DNA from: Alphaproteobacteria bacterium | Lineage (GTDB): Bacteria; Pseudomonadota; Alphaproteobacteria; UBA9219 | Direction: 5' to 3' | Assembly: GCA_041908065.1 (NCBI GenBank) | Contig: JAYRGC010000039.1 | Coordinates: forward strand, 2,481 to 66,480 | DNA length: 64,000 nt | Made by a program: the position numbers and the translations under genes | In this document: piece after piece, positions 27,820 to 38,198 of the stretch | Layout: each line of letters begins with the position of its first letter | Numbering within the stretch: the first letter of the stretch is position 1 | The notes under the pieces: generated by a model | Database searches by the model: none | Told to the model about the DNA's origin: nothing | Seen by the model: the letters and a program-made list of their open reading frames with translations, nothing else

Positions 27820-28665
27820 ATGAAAATCTCCATCATCACTGTATCTTTTCACACCGGCGAGACGCTGTGGACTTCGCTTGCCGCCGCTTTGGCGCAAGGG
27901 GATGGGGTGGAGCTGGTCGTGGTCAACAACGGCAATCCGCCCGAGGTTGAAAATCGTCTGGCGGGCATGGCGGCTGCTGATCCGGCCATCAAGTTCGTGA
28001 CCGGCCACGGCAACGTTGGCTTCGGGCGCGGGTGCAATCTGGGGGCGAAGGCGGCGGCGGGAGAATATCTGCTGTTCCTTAACCCCGATTGCGCGATGGA
28101 TAAGGAGGCGGTTGCCGCTCTTTTGAGCCATGTCGCGCAGCTAAAAAGGCCGTTCATGATGGGGGCTAGGCTGTTGGGCGAAGACGGGCGGGATCAGCGC
28201 GGATGCCGCCGCGCCTTGCTGACGCCGACGACGGCGGCGGTGGAGGCGTTGGGCTTGCATCGGCTGTTTCCGCGTCTGCGGCTTAACCGGCACGAGGAGC
28301 CGGTGCCGTCCGCCATATCTCCGGTTCCTGCCATCAGCGGCGCGTTCATGTTTTTGGCGGCTAAGGATTTTTGGTCGATAGGCGGTTTCGACGAAGGGTA
28401 CTTTTTGCACGTCGAGGATTTGGACTTGTGCCTGCGTTTTCGTCGCGCGGGGGGAGAGATATATTTCGCGCCCGACGTGCGCGCCGTCCATGTCGGCGGA
28501 ACCAGCGACACGACTTCAAGGTTTTTGGAGATAAACAAGGCCAAGGGGTTTATTCGCTATTTTCACAATAATTTTTCCCGCTGGTGGAACCTGCCCTTGC
28601 TGTGGCTGCTGGATTTGGCGATTTTGGCGAGGCTGGGAGTAAAGCTGTTGGCAAGCCGCAGGTGA
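27820..28665 (+). CDS. family 2 glycosyltransferase
   Basis: N-terminal GT-A motifs (ISIITVSFHTGE...VVVNNGN...DxD-like LNPDC). Lies upstream of ispH-hpnH, so a hopanoid-related role such as HpnI-like is possible but not established. Confidence 0.65.
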   Translation: MKISIITVSFHTGETLWTSLAAALAQGDGVELVVVNNGNPPEVENRLAGMAAADPAIKFVTGHGNVGFGRGCNLGAKAAAGEYLLFLNPDCAMDKEAVAALLSHVAQLKRPFMMGARLLGEDGRDQRGCRRALLTPTTAAVEALGLHRLFPRLRLNRHEEPVPSAISPVPAISGAFMFLAAKDFWSIGGFDEGYFLHVEDLDLCLRFRRAGGEIYFAPDVRAVHVGGTSDTTSRFLEINKAKGFIRYFHNNFSRWWNLPLLWLLDLAILARLGVKLLASRR

Positions 28666-28729
28666 CAAAAGGCTTATACGGGACTAGACTGCGCCGCTGC
28701 AGGCAATTCTTTAAGCTGGTGGATCGGAA

Positions 28730-29680
28730 ATGAAGGTAATTCTGGCTCAACCGCGCGGGTTCTGCGCGGGGGTGGAACGCGCGATCGAGATCGTGGAGAT
28801 GGCTCTGGAGAAATTCGGGCCGCCTATCTACGTGCGCCACGAAATCGTACATAACCCCCATGTGGTCAAGCGGTTGGCCGACAAGGGGGTGATCTTCGTC
28901 GAGGAAACCGACAGCGTTCCTGCCGGAGCCGTCACGATATTCAGCGCACACGGCGTGGCCGAGAAGATAGAGCTTCACGCCAAGGAGCGCGGCCTGCACG
29001 TCATAGACGCGACCTGCCCCTTGGTGTCGAAGGTGCATACCGAAGGGCAAAGATACGCCCGCGCCGGACGGGAGATAATCCTGATAGGCCACACCGGACA
29101 TCCGGAAATCGAGGGCACGCTCGGGCGCATTCCCGGAACCGTGCATCTGATCTCGACCGTCGAAGATGTGGAGGCGTTGAAGGTCAAAGACCCCGACATG
29201 CTCGCCTATATCACCCAGACCACGCTCAGCGTCGACGATACGCGCGGGGTGATAGACGCGCTTAAGGCCAAGTTTCCCAATATCGTGGGGCCGGCCACCA
29301 AGGATATTTGCTACGCCACGCAAAACCGCCAAGGCGCGGTGCGCGAGCTGGCGCGGCACGTCGACGTTGTGCTGGTCATCGGCGCGCGCAACAGCTCCAA
29401 CTCCAACCGCTTGCGCGAACGCGCCATGGAGGTCGGGGTTCCGGCGTATCTGATCGAGGACGCCTCGCATCTGGACGTGTCGTGGCTGACGGGCAAAAAG
29501 ACCGTGGGCATCACGGCGGGAGCCTCGGCACCGGAGGACTTGGTGCAGGAATTGATAGAACGCTTGCGCCAGATAGAGCCGGTCGAAGTATCTGTCCTGC
29601 CCGGGGTGGAGGAAAACGTTCATTTCCGCTTGCCCGTCGCGCTGGTCAAGGCGCAAGGAAGAGCTTCCGGAAACAAATAA
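28730..29680 (+). CDS. ispH: 4-hydroxy-3-methylbut-2-enyl diphosphate reductase
   Basis: [23 protein letters not shown] and conserved Cys/His residues of LytB/IspH. Length 316 aa. Confidence 0.9.
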   Translation: MKVILAQPRGFCAGVERAIEIVEMALEKFGPPIYVRHEIVHNPHVVKRLADKGVIFVEETDSVPAGAVTIFSAHGVAEKIELHAKERGLHVIDATCPLVSKVHTEGQRYARAGREIILIGHTGHPEIEGTLGRIPGTVHLISTVEDVEALKVKDPDMLAYITQTTLSVDDTRGVIDALKAKFPNIVGPATKDICYATQNRQGAVRELARHVDVVLVIGARNSSNSNRLRERAMEVGVPAYLIEDASHLDVSWLTGKKTVGITAGASAPEDLVQELIERLRQIEPVEVSVLPGVEENVHFRLPVALVKAQGRASGNK

Positions 29681-29744
29681 AAGCCCTTACGCGAAACTGG
29701 AGGATAATTTGACTATCAAAAACATAAGCAACCACCGTCATTGC

Positions 29745-29870
29745 GAGCCGCCCCATGGCGGCGAAGCAATCCAGAGTCGCGGAGCAACGGCATTGGATTG
29801 CTTCGCCGCCAAGGGGCGGCTCGCAATGACAACCCTTGGCTGTAACTTAGCAATGACAGCTTTTGTTACA
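29745..29870. repeat. family-A nested palindromic repeat, copy A2
   Basis: cgtcattgcgagccgcccc...gcgaagcaatccagagtc // cattggattgcttcgccgccaaggggcggctcgcaatgac. Lies between ispH and hpnH. Confidence 0.85.
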
Positions 29871-29947
29871 TCTATCGGCGATCAAACGACCCACCAGTTT
29901 TAGGCAAGAGCCATAAAATCAGCCAAGCCGTTCGGAGAAGAAGTCCC

Positions 29948-31120
29948 ATGTCAGTGCCAATTCGCCAGCAGTTCGATGTCGCCATGTATATCCTCAGGCA
30001 GAAGCTGGCGGGGCGGAAACGCTATCCGCTTGTGCTGATGCTGGAGCCTTTGTTCCGTTGCAACCTCGCTTGCGCCGGATGCGGGAAGATCGACTACCCG
30101 CCGGAGATATTGAACCAACGCTTGTCGGTCGCGGATTGCATGCAGGCGGTCGACGAATGCGGCGCGCCGATCGTCTCGATTCCGGGCGGGGAGCCGCTTA
30201 TTCACAAAGAAATGCCGCAGATAGTGCAGGGGCTGATCTCCCGCAAAAAGTACATCTATCTTTGCACTAACGCCATGCTGATGGAAAAGAAGATGGAGGA
30301 GTATTCTCCATCGCCTTATTTCACATGGTCGGTGCATCTGGACGGCGACAGAGATACCCACGATCGCTCGGTTTGCATGAGCGGGGTGTACGACGCGGCG
30401 GAAAAGGCCATTCGTCGCGCCATAGACAAGGGTTTTCGCGTCAACATCAACTGCACGCTGTTCAACAACGCCGATCCGATGGCAATGGCGGATTTCTTCG
30501 ATCATATGATGGAGGTCGGCGTCAACGCGATGACCATCTCTCCGGGCTACGCCTATGAACGCGCCGCGGATCAGGAACATTTCCTCAACCGCGAGACCAC
30601 CAAGAACCTTTTCCGCAGCATTTTCCGCATGGGGAAGGAGCGCGTCAAAAAGGGCAAGCCGAAATGGCGGTTCAGCCAGTCGTCTTTGTATATGGACTAT
30701 TTGGCCGGAAACCAGCGTTACGAATGCACTCCGTGGGGCAATCCGACCTATAACGTGTTCGGCTGGCAAAAGCCCTGTTATCTGGTAGGCGAAGGGTTCG
30801 CCAAGACGTTCAAGGAATTGATGGAAGGGACGGATTGGGACAAGTACGGAACCGGACGCTATGAAAAATGCGCCGATTGCATGGTGCATTGCGGTTATGA
30901 ACCCACGGCGGCGGAGGACGCCATCGCCCATCCCTTGAAGGCGATGATGGTGGCGTTGCGCGGGGTTGACACCGAAAAGCCGTTCGCGCCCGACATCGAC
31001 CTTTCGAACCAGCGTCCGGCGGAGTACGTTTTCAGCCGCCACGTTCAGGAAACGCTGGAAGCCATCCACGCCGGTCGCGCTCGCACTATAACCGACGACG
31101 ACCGCGAAACGGGGACGTGA
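29948..31120 (+). CDS. hpnH: adenosyl-hopene transferase (hopanoid biosynthesis radical SAM protein HpnH)
   Basis: Radical SAM CNLACAGCG motif with an HpnH-type N-terminus (VAMYILRQKLAGRKRYPLVLMLEPLFRCNL), next to ispH as in other hopanoid producers. Confidence 0.85.
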   Translation: MSVPIRQQFDVAMYILRQKLAGRKRYPLVLMLEPLFRCNLACAGCGKIDYPPEILNQRLSVADCMQAVDECGAPIVSIPGGEPLIHKEMPQIVQGLISRKKYIYLCTNAMLMEKKMEEYSPSPYFTWSVHLDGDRDTHDRSVCMSGVYDAAEKAIRRAIDKGFRVNINCTLFNNADPMAMADFFDHMMEVGVNAMTISPGYAYERAADQEHFLNRETTKNLFRSIFRMGKERVKKGKPKWRFSQSSLYMDYLAGNQRYECTPWGNPTYNVFGWQKPCYLVGEGFAKTFKELMEGTDWDKYGTGRYEKCADCMVHCGYEPTAAEDAIAHPLKAMMVALRGVDTEKPFAPDIDLSNQRPAEYVFSRHVQETLEAIHAGRARTITDDDRETGT

Positions 31121-31126
31121 GGTTTC

Positions 31127-31978
31127 CTATATTTTCGCCTTTCGCCCGATCAGCAGCAGGCAGCCTTGTTTATCTTTTCCGTCAACGCTTGGGCGCAAAT
31201 CCGGCGTTATGACGGATCCGACGAACTTAGCCACTATGGATGGCAGGCGCAGATTGCCTCTGATGCCTAGGTTGCGCTGAATCTGTATGGGCGGCGATTT
31301 CCCGCCGCTGAGCGAGTGCAGCAATCCTCCGGTCAGGCCGCTTAACAGTTCCCAGCGGCGGGTTTCGCTGGCCGAAAGATAGGGATGCGTTTCGATCAGC
31401 GACAGGCCTGCGTCGGCCATATGCTCGCGCCATTCCCCTTCGTTCCAATAACGGAGATGCCGCAGCCGTTGGTCGAGGTCGCGCAAGTACCGATCCCGCG
31501 CCTTCCACGGCGATAGCGGATTGCGTAAAAGGCTGTGGAAATGCGGCCCGGGAACGGTGGCGACGAACAATCCGTTCGGGCGCAATACGCGGGAGCATTC
31601 GCGCAAAACCGCGTCTATGGGATCTATATGTTCCAGCACCGAGTTGCTGAATATCGCGTCGACGCCGGAATCCGGCAGCGGGGTTTTTTCTCCCCCGCAG
31701 CAAAATACTTCTTCGTATACGCCGGAAGCTTTCGCCAATCCGGTTTCCCAAGGATCGGGATCGATACCGATCAGTCGGCACGACGGCGGCAGAAAAGGTT
31801 TCAGTAGGCGCATTACGCCGCCGTCGCCGCAACCCAGATCGAGAACCTTGGCGCAGTCGCCGAACATGGGGGCGGCTATGCCTATCACCGCCGCCACCTC
31901 CGCCGCTCGCCATAGGCAGGTGGCTGGCTGGGCGGGAGCTTGCGCGATCTGGGCTGTCAGGATGTCGGCTGAAATCAC
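31127..31978 (-). CDS. class I SAM-dependent methyltransferase (type 11-like)
   Basis: VLDLGCGDGGV SAM motif I and DAIFSNSVLEHI motif. Confidence 0.7.
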   Translation of the reverse strand: MISADILTAQIAQAPAQPATCLWRAAEVAAVIGIAAPMFGDCAKVLDLGCGDGGVMRLLKPFLPPSCRLIGIDPDPWETGLAKASGVYEEVFCCGGEKTPLPDSGVDAIFSNSVLEHIDPIDAVLRECSRVLRPNGLFVATVPGPHFHSLLRNPLSPWKARDRYLRDLDQRLRHLRYWNEGEWREHMADAGLSLIETHPYLSASETRRWELLSGLTGGLLHSLSGGKSPPIQIQRNLGIRGNLRLPSIVAKFVGSVITPDLRPSVDGKDKQGCLLLIGRKAKI

Positions 31979-31980
31979 GT

Positions 31981-32466
31981 TCAGAACGGAACGTCGTCAT
32001 CCAGCTCCGGAGGCGGGGAGGAGGAAGACTGCGACGAAGACGAGGACGACAACGAAGACGGGGAAGAAGAATATGGATCCATGCTGTCCCCTCCGCTGCT
32101 GCCGCCGCCACGGTTGGCGGAATCCAAAAGCGTCAATTCTCCGCGATAGGGGCGCAGGACGACTTCGGTAGTGTACTTATCCTGTCCCGACTGGTCTTGC
32201 CATTTGCGGGTTTCCAGCTGGCCTTCGATATAGACTTTCGAGCCTTTTTTAAGGAAACGCTCGACGATGCCGACCAGATTGTCGTTCATTACCGACACGC
32301 GATGCCATTCGGTGCGCTCTTTCTTTTCTCCAGAGGACTTGTCCTTCCAGCTTTCGGATGTGGCTATGGAAAAGTGCGCTACTCTCCCGCCGTTTTGGAA
32401 CGAGCGGATCTCCGGATCCTTGCCCAGATTGCCGACCAATATCACTTTGTTCACGCTGCCAGCCAT
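31981..32466 (-). CDS. ssb: single-stranded DNA-binding protein
   Basis: OB-fold N-terminus ([17 protein letters not shown]...TEWHRVSV), a Gly/Ser-rich linker and the acidic tail DDDVPF. Confidence 0.9.
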   Translation of the reverse strand: MAGSVNKVILVGNLGKDPEIRSFQNGGRVAHFSIATSESWKDKSSGEKKERTEWHRVSVMNDNLVGIVERFLKKGSKVYIEGQLETRKWQDQSGQDKYTTEVVLRPYRGELTLLDSANRGGGSSGGDSMDPYSSSPSSLSSSSSSQSSSSPPPELDDDVPF

Positions 32467-32681
32467 TTTCGCCCCCGATAGTTAATACGCATTCTTTCAC
32501 GTTAACCATGAAGAAAAGAGCATAAAAATTCGGCACTTTCAACAACGCCCTTTAGGCTATGGCGGTTTAACGGCCATGAAAATAAATAAATTGTTTGAGG
32601 AGTTGGACGGCAAAATGGTAATGTTCCCGTGGTAGTTTTTGAGCGTAGCAGCTTATTGGCGGGCAATTTAAGGAGAATGGT

Positions 32682-33008
32682 ATGATGAAGAAGGATATGT
32701 TGAAGACGTTAGTCGCCGCGGCCATGGCGATAGGGATTTCCGGTTGCGGCAATGTGGTCGAACAGCCGAAGCCTGAGGCGAGGGATCCTTTTGAAGTATA
32801 TAATTCCAACGGCCAGAAAGTGACATTCGAGTTTCCTAAAAACATGCCGGAAACGAAAAGCCCTCGCGAGAAAGCGTTCTCGGTGGCGGCGGCAGGGAGC
32901 GATGTCGACGGTGGTGCGCCAGCCCCCCGTGAAGTCGGTGACGACGCGAAAGCAAAACGCAAAAGACCTGCCGTTGTTGTCGGTCATTATACACACCCCA
33001 AGTGGTAA
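32682..33008 (+). CDS. hypothetical lipoprotein
   Basis: Signal peptide with lipobox ISGC; no recognisable domain. Confidence 0.4.
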   Translation: MMKKDMLKTLVAAAMAIGISGCGNVVEQPKPEARDPFEVYNSNGQKVTFEFPKNMPETKSPREKAFSVAAAGSDVDGGAPAPREVGDDAKAKRKRPAVVVGHYTHPKW

Positions 33009-33039
33009 ACCGGTTTTTGTCAGACCAAGGTGATAGCCG

Positions 33040-33558
33040 TTGTCGGATATAGCCAAAAAGAGAATCGGGGTTTGGTTTTTGGCGGCGGCTTGTTTTGTGG
33101 CGGGGTGCGGCGGCCCTGATTTGCCGACTGGGATTTATAGCTTCAAGTATTATCCGTCCACGCAGGAATGCGTAAGGGTAAGGACGGTTTGGGAAGAGGG
33201 CCGCCTAAATTCCACCAAGAAGCCAGAAGACATAGGCAAGTCGTGCCAAAATCTGTTTTCTCACCAATCCGACGACGGGCAAGGCATGGGGGTGCTGGTG
33301 GCGGAGAGGATAGGCGCGGCGGATGCGTATGTTGGCTACAGTGCGCCTAACATGGTTTTAATCCTACCTGTGCGCAGAGGTTCCAATGGCCAACGTATTG
33401 TTCATAGGTGCGGGGATTTGAGCGAAAAAATAAGCAGGACAAGCTATTCGCAATGGAAAGGGAACGAAAGCGATTGCGGCGGCGGTTCGACTTCTATACT
33501 TCCTGAGGTCATAAGACTTGGTTTGTTAAGGACATCGGCTCAGGCTCATACACCTTGA
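33040..33558 (+). CDS. hypothetical lipoprotein
   Basis: Signal peptide with lipobox VAGC; several Cys; no recognisable domain. Confidence 0.4.
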   Translation: MSDIAKKRIGVWFLAAACFVAGCGGPDLPTGIYSFKYYPSTQECVRVRTVWEEGRLNSTKKPEDIGKSCQNLFSHQSDDGQGMGVLVAERIGAADAYVGYSAPNMVLILPVRRGSNGQRIVHRCGDLSEKISRTSYSQWKGNESDCGGGSTSILPEVIRLGLLRTSAQAHTP

Positions 33559-33674
33559 TTTTCCTTTCCGGCCATAAATCGGCCAAAATTTCACGATACG
33601 AATCGCCCTTCGCGCATGGTAGCGTGCGCATGGGTGTCGTGGTTCGCCAATCATCGTGAAAACGGGGTCGGAAA

Positions 33675-35183
33675 ATGCTTTCTTTCTCGCGTCGCGTCGT
33701 TGCCGTTGTCGTAATGGCCTTTCTTGCCTTCTCGGCCTTCGCTTTGCCCAGCCATGCCAGAGGCGGCGGGCCTGCCGGATTCGCCGATCTGGCGGAAAAA
33801 CTTTTGCCGGCGGTCGTGAACATTTCCACCACCCAGAGCATGGCTTCCCGCGAAGAGTTCCAAGACATGCCGGAGTTCCAGTTTCCCCCGGGATCTCCGT
33901 TCGAGGATTTCTTCCGCGACTTCATGGAAAAGAACGGCAAGTCCTTGCCTTTGCCCGGCGACAAGCAAAAGAAGCAGAAAAAGCAAAAGGCCACTTCGCT
34001 TGGTTCTGGCTTCGTCATAGATCCGGCCGGATACATCGTCACTAATAACCACGTCATTCAGGACGCCGACGAGATAAACGTCATACTTCAGGACAACACC
34101 AGCCTGTCGGCTAAGCTGGTCGGGCGCGACAAAAAGACCGATCTGGCCTTGTTGAAGGTCGAAAGCAAAAAGCCGCTCGTGGCCGTGTCGTGGGGCGAGA
34201 GCGACAAGATACGGGTGGGTGATTGGGTTTTGGCCATCGGCAATCCCTTCGGTCTTGGCGGAACCGTCACCAGCGGCATAATCTCCGCTCGCGCCCGCGA
34301 CATAAACTCCGGCCCTTACGACGATTATCTGCAAACCGACGCGCCCATCAATCGCGGCAATTCCGGCGGCCCGATGTTCAACATGGACGGCGAGGTCATC
34401 GGCGTGAATGCGGCCATATTCTCCCCCTCCGGCGGGTCGGTCGGGATAGGTTTCGCCATCCCGTCGTCTTTGGCCAAGGGCGTGGTCGAGCAGTTGAAGG
34501 CCACCGGAAAGACGCGACGCGGCTGGTTGGGCGTTCGCATCCAGACGGTCACGCCGGAAATTGCGGAAAGCCTTGGTATCGGACAGACGCGCGGCGCGCT
34601 GGTTTCCAGTGTCACCCCCAACAGTCCGGCGGCGGCTTCGGCGTTGAAGGCGGGCGACGTGATCGTCGCTTTCGACGGCAAAGAAGTGCCGGATATGCAC
34701 AGGTTGCCGCGCATAGTCGCCGAGACGGACGTGGACAAGACAGTTCCGGTCACGGTTGTGCGCGACGGCAAGGAAATGGTGGTGCAGGTCAAGGTGGGCG
34801 AACTGGAGTCCAACGACGAAGAGGAAAACAAGGAGAACGAAGAGAAGGAAACCGCTCCGGCCAAGCCGCGCTCCGACAAGATAGAGACATTGGACATCAA
34901 CGTGGCCGCGCTAACCGAGGCTTTGCGAGGCAAGTACGAGTTGCCCAAGGGGACGAGCGGACTTCTGGTGATGGACGTCAACCCCGACGGTATGGCGGCG
35001 GAGGCCGGTATCCAGCAGGGCGACGTCATCAGCGAAGTGGCGCAGCAGCCCGCTAAAAGCTCCAAGGCGCTGGCGGACGCGGTGAAAAAGGCCAAGAAGG
35101 AAGCCAAGCCGCTATTGCTTCTGATCGACAGAAAGGGAGATCTGCGATTCGTCGCGATAAACCCTTCTGGTAAAAAGAAGTGA
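33675..35183 (+). CDS. htrA: periplasmic serine endoprotease DegP/HtrA (Do family)
   Basis: Signal peptide, trypsin-like catalytic motifs (TNNHV, D, GNSGGP) and two PDZ domains. Confidence 0.85.
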   Translation: MLSFSRRVVAVVVMAFLAFSAFALPSHARGGGPAGFADLAEKLLPAVVNISTTQSMASREEFQDMPEFQFPPGSPFEDFFRDFMEKNGKSLPLPGDKQKKQKKQKATSLGSGFVIDPAGYIVTNNHVIQDADEINVILQDNTSLSAKLVGRDKKTDLALLKVESKKPLVAVSWGESDKIRVGDWVLAIGNPFGLGGTVTSGIISARARDINSGPYDDYLQTDAPINRGNSGGPMFNMDGEVIGVNAAIFSPSGGSVGIGFAIPSSLAKGVVEQLKATGKTRRGWLGVRIQTVTPEIAESLGIGQTRGALVSSVTPNSPAAASALKAGDVIVAFDGKEVPDMHRLPRIVAETDVDKTVPVTVVRDGKEMVVQVKVGELESNDEEENKENEEKETAPAKPRSDKIETLDINVAALTEALRGKYELPKGTSGLLVMDVNPDGMAAEAGIQQGDVISEVAQQPAKSSKALADAVKKAKKEAKPLLLLIDRKGDLRFVAINPSGKKK

Positions 35184-35203
35184 TTTCGTGGTAATGCAAC
35201 CGG

Positions 35204-36223
35204 ATGAATGACAGGAAAATCGCCAGTTTCGGCATCTTCGGCGGCGGCGCGTGGGGAACCGCGTTGGCGCAGACTCTGGCGCGGTCCGGACGTAGGGCGG
35301 TTTTGTGGGCGCGGGAGCCGGATGTGGCGGCCTCCATCCGCGACAAGCGCGAGAATTCCAAATTTCTCTCCGGCATTCGTCTCGACGACAGGCTGGAGGC
35401 GGATACGGATATGGCCAAGGCCGCCGCTTGCGACGTTTGGCTGGCGGCGGTTCCAGCCCAGCATTCGCGGCAGGTCTTTCGCGCCGTTTCCGCCTTGGTG
35501 AGCGAAAAGGGGCTGGATTCCGGACAGCCGATACTTTTGTGCGCCAAGGGCATAGAGCAAAAGACCTTGGCGTTGCCTTCGGCGGTTGCGGCGCAGGAAT
35601 TCGGCGGACGCCATCCGTTGGCGGTACTTTCCGGGCCCACATTCGCCGCCGAGGTGGCCGAGGGCAAGCCGACAGCCATAACCTTGGCGTGCGCCGACAC
35701 CGCTTTGGCTATGTCTTTGGCCGAGGCGATGGGAGGCCGGACTTTCCGCCCCTATGTCAGCGGCGACGTTACGGGCGCGCAGGTGGGGGGGGCTATAAAG
35801 AACGTTTTGGCCATCGCCTGCGGCATAATCGCCGGATATGGCATGGGCGACAATTCCCGCGCCGCCCTTATAACCCGAGGCTTGGCCGAAATAAGCCGTC
35901 TGGCCGTGGCGATGGGCGGGATTCAGGAAACCATGATGGGGCTTTCCGGTTTGGGCGACATAGTGCTTACCTGCTCCAGCCAGCAGTCGCGCAACATGTC
36001 GTTGGGAATGGCCTTGGGACGGGGAGAGAAGCTGTCGGACATCATGGCGGCTCGATCCAGCGTGGCCGAGGGCGTTTACACCGCCTCAGCCGCCCGCGCT
36101 TTGGCGGCGGAGCGCGGGGTGGAGATGCCGATAATTGCGGCAGTGGATGATGTTCTTAATCAAGGCGCGTCGGTCGATGACACCATCGCTGCCCTGCTCT
36201 CGAGGCCTTTGAGAATGGAATAG
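35204..36223 (+). CDS. gpsA: NAD(P)H-dependent glycerol-3-phosphate dehydrogenase
   Basis: IFGGGAWGTALA Rossmann motif with a conserved GpsA C-terminal domain. Confidence 0.9.
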   Translation: MNDRKIASFGIFGGGAWGTALAQTLARSGRRAVLWAREPDVAASIRDKRENSKFLSGIRLDDRLEADTDMAKAAACDVWLAAVPAQHSRQVFRAVSALVSEKGLDSGQPILLCAKGIEQKTLALPSAVAAQEFGGRHPLAVLSGPTFAAEVAEGKPTAITLACADTALAMSLAEAMGGRTFRPYVSGDVTGAQVGGAIKNVLAIACGIIAGYGMGDNSRAALITRGLAEISRLAVAMGGIQETMMGLSGLGDIVLTCSSQQSRNMSLGMALGRGEKLSDIMAARSSVAEGVYTASAARALAAERGVEMPIIAAVDDVLNQGASVDDTIAALLSRPLRME

Positions 36224-36256
36224 CGGTCGCGGTCGCTGACGGTAGCGGCGCGTTGG

Positions 36257-36370
36257 TTGAGTAAGTTCCCTTCGACAGGCTCAGGGAACACAGAGTTTTG
36301 GATTCATGAACAAGTGGCGCGGCGGGGATTCCTCTCCCTCTGGGAGAGGGGGGATTGCGGAACCTTGGTC
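36257..36370. repeat. composite repeat (family C followed by family D/B-end modules)
   Basis: gttcccttcgacaggctcagggaac, then gagttttggattcatgaacaagtggcgcggcgg...cctctccctctgggagaggggggattgcggaaccttggtcgcgtg. A near-identical block is at 37797-38052. Confidence 0.8.
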
Positions 36371-36499
36371 GCGTGCATAACGCATAGCCGCTTGCCATTT
36401 TTTCCGTCCGAGATTAAGAATAGTTCAACTGCGCCGGATGGTCGGCGCGTTTGCGAATCGCCGCCTTGGAATCCATCGCGCCAAAAGGGGTTTTCTGCC

Positions 36500-37063
36500 A
36501 TGAATCGTCTACTTTCGCTTTCCGTATTTGCAGTCGCCCTTTTGGCGGCATTCCCCTCTCATGCTGCGCTTCCGTCCTCCAATCCGCAGCCCAATCTCCT
36601 TTCGATAGGCGGAGGCTGGTTCGACATCAACGAAAACAGCCCGCGCAAGGAAGCTGTGGATTTCCGGCTTGAGCATCGCTGGGGCATGTCGTTGTTGCCA
36701 AAGGCTTTCCGTTCCACGGCATCGTGGGATAAGTGGTTCCAGATCCATCCGATGGCCGGATTGGAAATGACCTCTCGCGCTCAGACTTACGGCTTCGGCG
36801 GTTTTGTCTTCGACATTATGCCGCACAAGAACATCGTCATATCGCCCAACGTGGTGGTCGGTCTGTATCACCCCGGCTATGGCAAGCGTCTTGGCTCGTT
36901 CGTCGAATTCCGCTCCACGTTCGAGGCGGGATGGCGTTTCAACAACAACGTGCGTTTGACCGCCTTCTTGAGCCACATATCCAACGCCGGCATCACCAAA
37001 TACAACCCGGGCGGCAACAGCGCGGGAGCGTATCTGCACATACCGACCAGCATGTTGTTCTGA
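36500..37063 (+). CDS. PagL-like lipid A 3-O-deacylase / acyloxyacyl hydrolase family outer-membrane protein
   Basis: Signal peptide MNRLLSLSVFAVALLAAFPSHA, beta-barrel-like alternation, C-terminal HISNAG (His-x-Ser-Asn-Gly catalytic motif) and a terminal Phe. The upstream part of the annotated ORF is repeat DNA. Confidence 0.55.
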   Translation: MNRLLSLSVFAVALLAAFPSHAALPSSNPQPNLLSIGGGWFDINENSPRKEAVDFRLEHRWGMSLLPKAFRSTASWDKWFQIHPMAGLEMTSRAQTYGFGGFVFDIMPHKNIVISPNVVVGLYHPGYGKRLGSFVEFRSTFEAGWRFNNNVRLTAFLSHISNAGITKYNPGGNSAGAYLHIPTSMLF

Positions 37064-37136
37064 TCGCCTTGAACGGCGGTTTCGATGCTATGAAGCGGCG
37101 GCTTAATGCCGCCGCTTCTTTTTTAAGGGGGAAGCC

Positions 37137-37787
37137 ATGGGGCTGTTGCTTTTCATGGGCAGGTTGATGGAGCGGATGCGGTCGGGAAATTCCGACTTTT
37201 CCCCGCCGCCGTCCCCGTGGGAACTTTTCGCCAAATGGTACGCCGAGGCCGAGAAGGCCGAGATAAACGATCCCAACGCCATGATTTTGTCCACGGTGGG
37301 AAGCGGTGGATTCCCTTCGGCTCGCGCGGTTTTGATGAAGGGATATGACGAAGACGGCTTTGTTTTTTACACCAATCGCCAAAGCCGCAAGGGCAGGGAA
37401 TTGGCCGCCAATCCGGTGGCGGGATTGGTATTTCACTGGAAATCGCTGCAGAGGCAGGTGCGGATCGAGGGCTATGTCGCCGCGATAGGCGAAGCCGAAT
37501 CCGACGAATATTTCTCCAGCCGTCCGCGAGGCAGCCAGATAGGCGCGTGGGCGTCGTCGCAATCGCGGCCATTGGCGGATCGGGCGGAGCTGGAGGCCAA
37601 GGTGAAGGAAGTCGGGTTGAGATACCTCGGCAAAACGATACCTCGCCCGCCGCACTGGGGAGGGTATCGCGTCGTTCCCCAGATGATCGAGTTTTGGCAG
37701 GGCAGGCAATTCCGTTTGCACGATCGAATCGTCTATTCCCGCCCCGTCCCGCAATCCCCGTGGACATGGGAAAGATTGTATCCCTAG
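37137..37787 (+). CDS. pdxH: pyridoxamine 5'-phosphate oxidase
   Basis: FMN-binding split-barrel with C-terminal signature EFWQGRQFRLHDRIVY. Alternative start at 37167. Confidence 0.8.
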   Translation: MGLLLFMGRLMERMRSGNSDFSPPPSPWELFAKWYAEAEKAEINDPNAMILSTVGSGGFPSARAVLMKGYDEDGFVFYTNRQSRKGRELAANPVAGLVFHWKSLQRQVRIEGYVAAIGEAESDEYFSSRPRGSQIGAWASSQSRPLADRAELEAKVKEVGLRYLGKTIPRPPHWGGYRVVPQMIEFWQGRQFRLHDRIVYSRPVPQSPWTWERLYP

Positions 37788-37796
37788 CGCGGCAGC

Positions 37797-38078
37797 GGCT
37801 CAGGGAACGCGAGTTTTGGATTTACGAACAGAAGGTGCGGCGGCGACTCCTCTCCCTCTGGGAGAGGATAGCGCGGCTTGGATTTTCGCTCCTTAGCGAA
37901 AATCCTTAGCCGCAGCTTGGTGAGGGTTCCCAAGTTGGGTTTACGAAAGAAACCCTCACCAAGGTATTGCCACGAATTTTCGAAGGCGAAAATTCGGGCA
38001 AACCTATCCTCTCCCAGAGGGAGAGGGGGGATCGCTGCGCCTTGGTCGCGTGAGTTCCCTTCGACAGGCTCAGGGAAC
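37797..38078. repeat. composite repeat block (families C-partial, D, B, C)
   Basis: Contains the 125-nt family-B element (ggtgagggttcccaagttgggtttacgaaagaaaccctcaccaaggtattgccacgaattttcgaaggcgaaaattcgggcaaacctatcctctcccagagggagagggggg), which is about 95% identical to 39966-40085. Confidence 0.85.
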
Positions 38079-38198
38079 ACGGGGTTTCGGGGAATGCTGG
38101 CAGGGCGTCGAGATTAGCGCGCGCGGTGAAAATCTCTGAAACAAAAAAAGGCGGGGGACTTTCATCCCCCGCCGTATCAATAGAACATGGGGATAGGA

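Noticed and set aside
36257-36499. N-terminal 81 codons of the pagL-like ORF
   Set aside because: This segment is composite repeat DNA (families C and D) identical to the copies near 37797-38078. The signal peptide begins at the internal MNRLLS.
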